Part shown: positions 61,611 through 64,000 of the stretch, piece after piece | Numbering within the stretch: position 1 is the stretch's first letter | Layout of the letters: each line of letters opens with the position of its first letter | Assembly (NCBI GenBank): GCA_051362555.1 | Contig: CM120640.1 | Coordinates: 59,250,788-59,314,787, forward strand | Reading direction: 5' to 3' | DNA: 64,000 bases | Source of the DNA: Lingula anatina | Lineage: Eukaryota > Animalia > Brachiopoda | Notes under the pieces: model-generated | Seen by the model: the letters and a program-made list of their open reading frames with translations, nothing else | What the model was told of the DNA's origin: nothing | Databases searched by the model: none | Made by a program: the position numbers and the translations under genes

Positions 61611-64000
61611 TCCCCTGAAAATCAGAATTGTGAGTGCTTATAATTGAGACTATTAAACGTTTGGAGGACATACACTGTAGGATCCTGTATAAAGAGTCAC
61701 TGGACTGAAATAAAGCCTTTATAATTTCAGGATTTGAACTGCCGTCTCTGATACCGATCACCACAAAAAGGGACGTACTAGTGTATCCTAACAACCGTTG
61801 TTTATCTACCAAAACAAGTAACTAATGATATGTTAATGAATATCATAAAACATAACGTTTATGAAAGCTAAGATACGGTCCAAGTGAAAATAGTAGCAGT
61901 AGCCGTATAGCTGATGTAACCTTAGACAAAGCCATGCGCTTTAATAATATCCTTTATGGTGCGAACTAACCATAGAAGTACATGTAAGTTGAGTAGGGGG
62001 TGTGAAAATAACTCCCCACCACCAAACCACCCCATCTTTTTGATACTCTGGTAGTGACTTCGGTAATAAATACCTACCTGTATACTTTCTTTAAAAGCTA
62101 TCTTTAACTGTTAAGTGACCTCGGTTCGATCGTGCTTTTGGTCAACGCGACGAAAACGAAAGCAATAAACATTTCCAGTGGAAATAGGTACTCGTTCACG
62201 ACAGTCTTAAGTACATTTTACGACATAAACACATATGCGTTCCAGTCGCAGGTTTATAAAGGGCCAAGTCAGATTTCCCCCCAAGATTCGACTTAATATT
62301 AAAAAATAAGTTAGCAGAAAGATATGTAGCAAGGTTAAACATACTGCATATTTTACCTGTTACAGCTATGTTAATCTCGATTTTTGTGTTAGATAGGTAG
62401 GCCCCTAATACACTGTCACCCAGCGATATTTTCGGTTGTGGAGAGGAGGGGGGGGGGGGGGGGGAACGCATGTGTAGATAGATTCCCATGGATAGTGGTA
62501 GAGCTTAATGGGTAATACCAATACTTGCAGTCAGCAATGCATTCGCCTCGGGAGTTTTATGGGTTAACGAATTCGGAACCAGCGATCGGGAATACATGTA
62601 GTGGGTGAGTGGGCCCCCTAAGATCGACCCTTTTTTTTTCTGCGCGGGATTTAAAAAAGGGGAGAGCATCCCCCTCGCTCCCCCTACCTCTGGTTCCCAC
62701 GCTACGATTCACTTTAACAGCCGGAGTAAAGAAAATACTTGGGAACACCGAGTCTTCGGAACAATAATGCATAATGCATTTTCATGAAAATGCCTTCAAA
62801 AATTTTGGACCTACGAATCTTTGGAATAAAAATGCTGTGGGATACCGTTTTTAGTCCGCTGTTTTGATAATTCTTTTCGACAGCTCCAACTCATAATGGT
62901 TGATGTTCACTTTCAATAGCTCGACTGTTCCATTACGTCCGACAATTAATATCTTAGAACATGTTTACAGTGAGCGGTACATCAAACTGGTTCACTTCAC
63001 TTTGAGAAAACGGACAATCCTATAGGATGGCTATTACGTATACGAGTCACAAAACGGTGGCCTGAGCTCGACATTTTCAATATTAATTAACTCAACTAAA
63101 TTTGTGGAGAACTGGTAAAAAGATTAAACCCCCTGTTGCGTGTTAAGGTTTTAGGATCTCTCATAGTGGACCGGTCCAGTTAAATGTACCACACGATATA
63201 GAGAATCTGGCTTAAACACATCTCACGGTAGAATATATCCAAACTTCCATATAACTTCTTGATGAACTTTTTTCAAACACTCAATCGATCATTAAACTTA
63301 GTAAAATACAGGCACTGATGTTACAAAGATGTTTTATTTTTTCTATAAAACGATGCATATATATCACGTTCGACTTTGCACATTAATGGTCAAACTAGAT
63401 ATCCTAGTACATTACTCACATGTAACACAAGTAACTCTTATGTCCAAGATATGCCTTTCTTCAGAGCAGTTTTGATAAATGTCATGATTTATTGGCGTTG
63501 TGTATAGCTTTTAAATCAAGGTAAACGCCTGACGAAACAACTGTTCATATTTAAGACAGAAAAAAGTAAAGGGAATGGAGCGTTCTATAAAGCCAAATAT
63601 GGCGTCTAGCTGTTAAAAGGAAACTTAACTTCCAAGAAAATTCAGGACAAGTATTAATTAAACAGACGAAGAGCGTATAGAGTGCAGCTAAGCCACTCCA
63701 ATTTTATTCTTATATTCTGTATATCCTCACGATCGAGGACAAATTATAATCGCTCGATATCCAATGAAGGTACTGCTGCATTGCCCTTAAAAAATAAATT
63801 GCAACGTTCTACATGTACTTCACAATAATACTGTACACTTTAAACCATGGCCTTTCCACGACAAAATAGCTGAAATGTGATCACTGTGATGCATCATCAT
63901 TAGTTTTATACTTCTTAGTCTAAACAATAAAGTACTGGTAGACATCTAGTCTTATGTCTTAACAAAAAGGCCCAAAAAGGCCTTTCAACTTGGCCTAACT

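Noticed and set aside
61570-61812. 80-aa minus-strand ORF upstream of the HEPN-like gene
   Set aside because: Different frame from the MGNIES start and no recognisable features; probably intron or 5'UTR.
62570-62705. GC-rich segment resembling an hAT-type MITE end
   Set aside because: No clear paired TIR or TSD, so it could not be delimited.

Overview
AT-rich, intron-rich animal genomic DNA (invertebrate, plausibly lophotrochozoan; inference from repeat types and gene content). Manual splicing supports five protein-coding genes, most poorly shown by the ORF track. (1) The 5' part of a minus-strand CD39/ENTPD-family NTPDase carrying an unusual N-terminal ubiquitin-like domain (13945-17513; remaining exons not found in the window). 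(2) A complete plus-strand ARID5B-like transcription factor (18891-40881), head-to-head with gene 1. (3) A GH5 endoglycoceramidase with an intron-free CDS (47029-48531). (4) A complete XPNPEP1 aminopeptidase P (50884-60278) with a pair of duplicated, probably mutually exclusive 72-nt catalytic-domain exons and a twice-repeated intronic hairpin whose only two differences form a compensatory base pair. (5) A small two-exon minus-strand gene (61089-61610) encoding a 117-aa HEPN/DUF4145-like protein with an RxxxxH motif, an N-myristoylation motif and a C-terminal CaaX box; this is the best candidate for an undescribed system. Non-coding parts contain Helentron-associated (HINE-like) elements with internal tandem arrays, Harbinger-like MITEs, a foldback-type element, a perfect 60-bp palindrome and microsatellites. 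Family assignments rest on motif recognition from memory; no searches were run.
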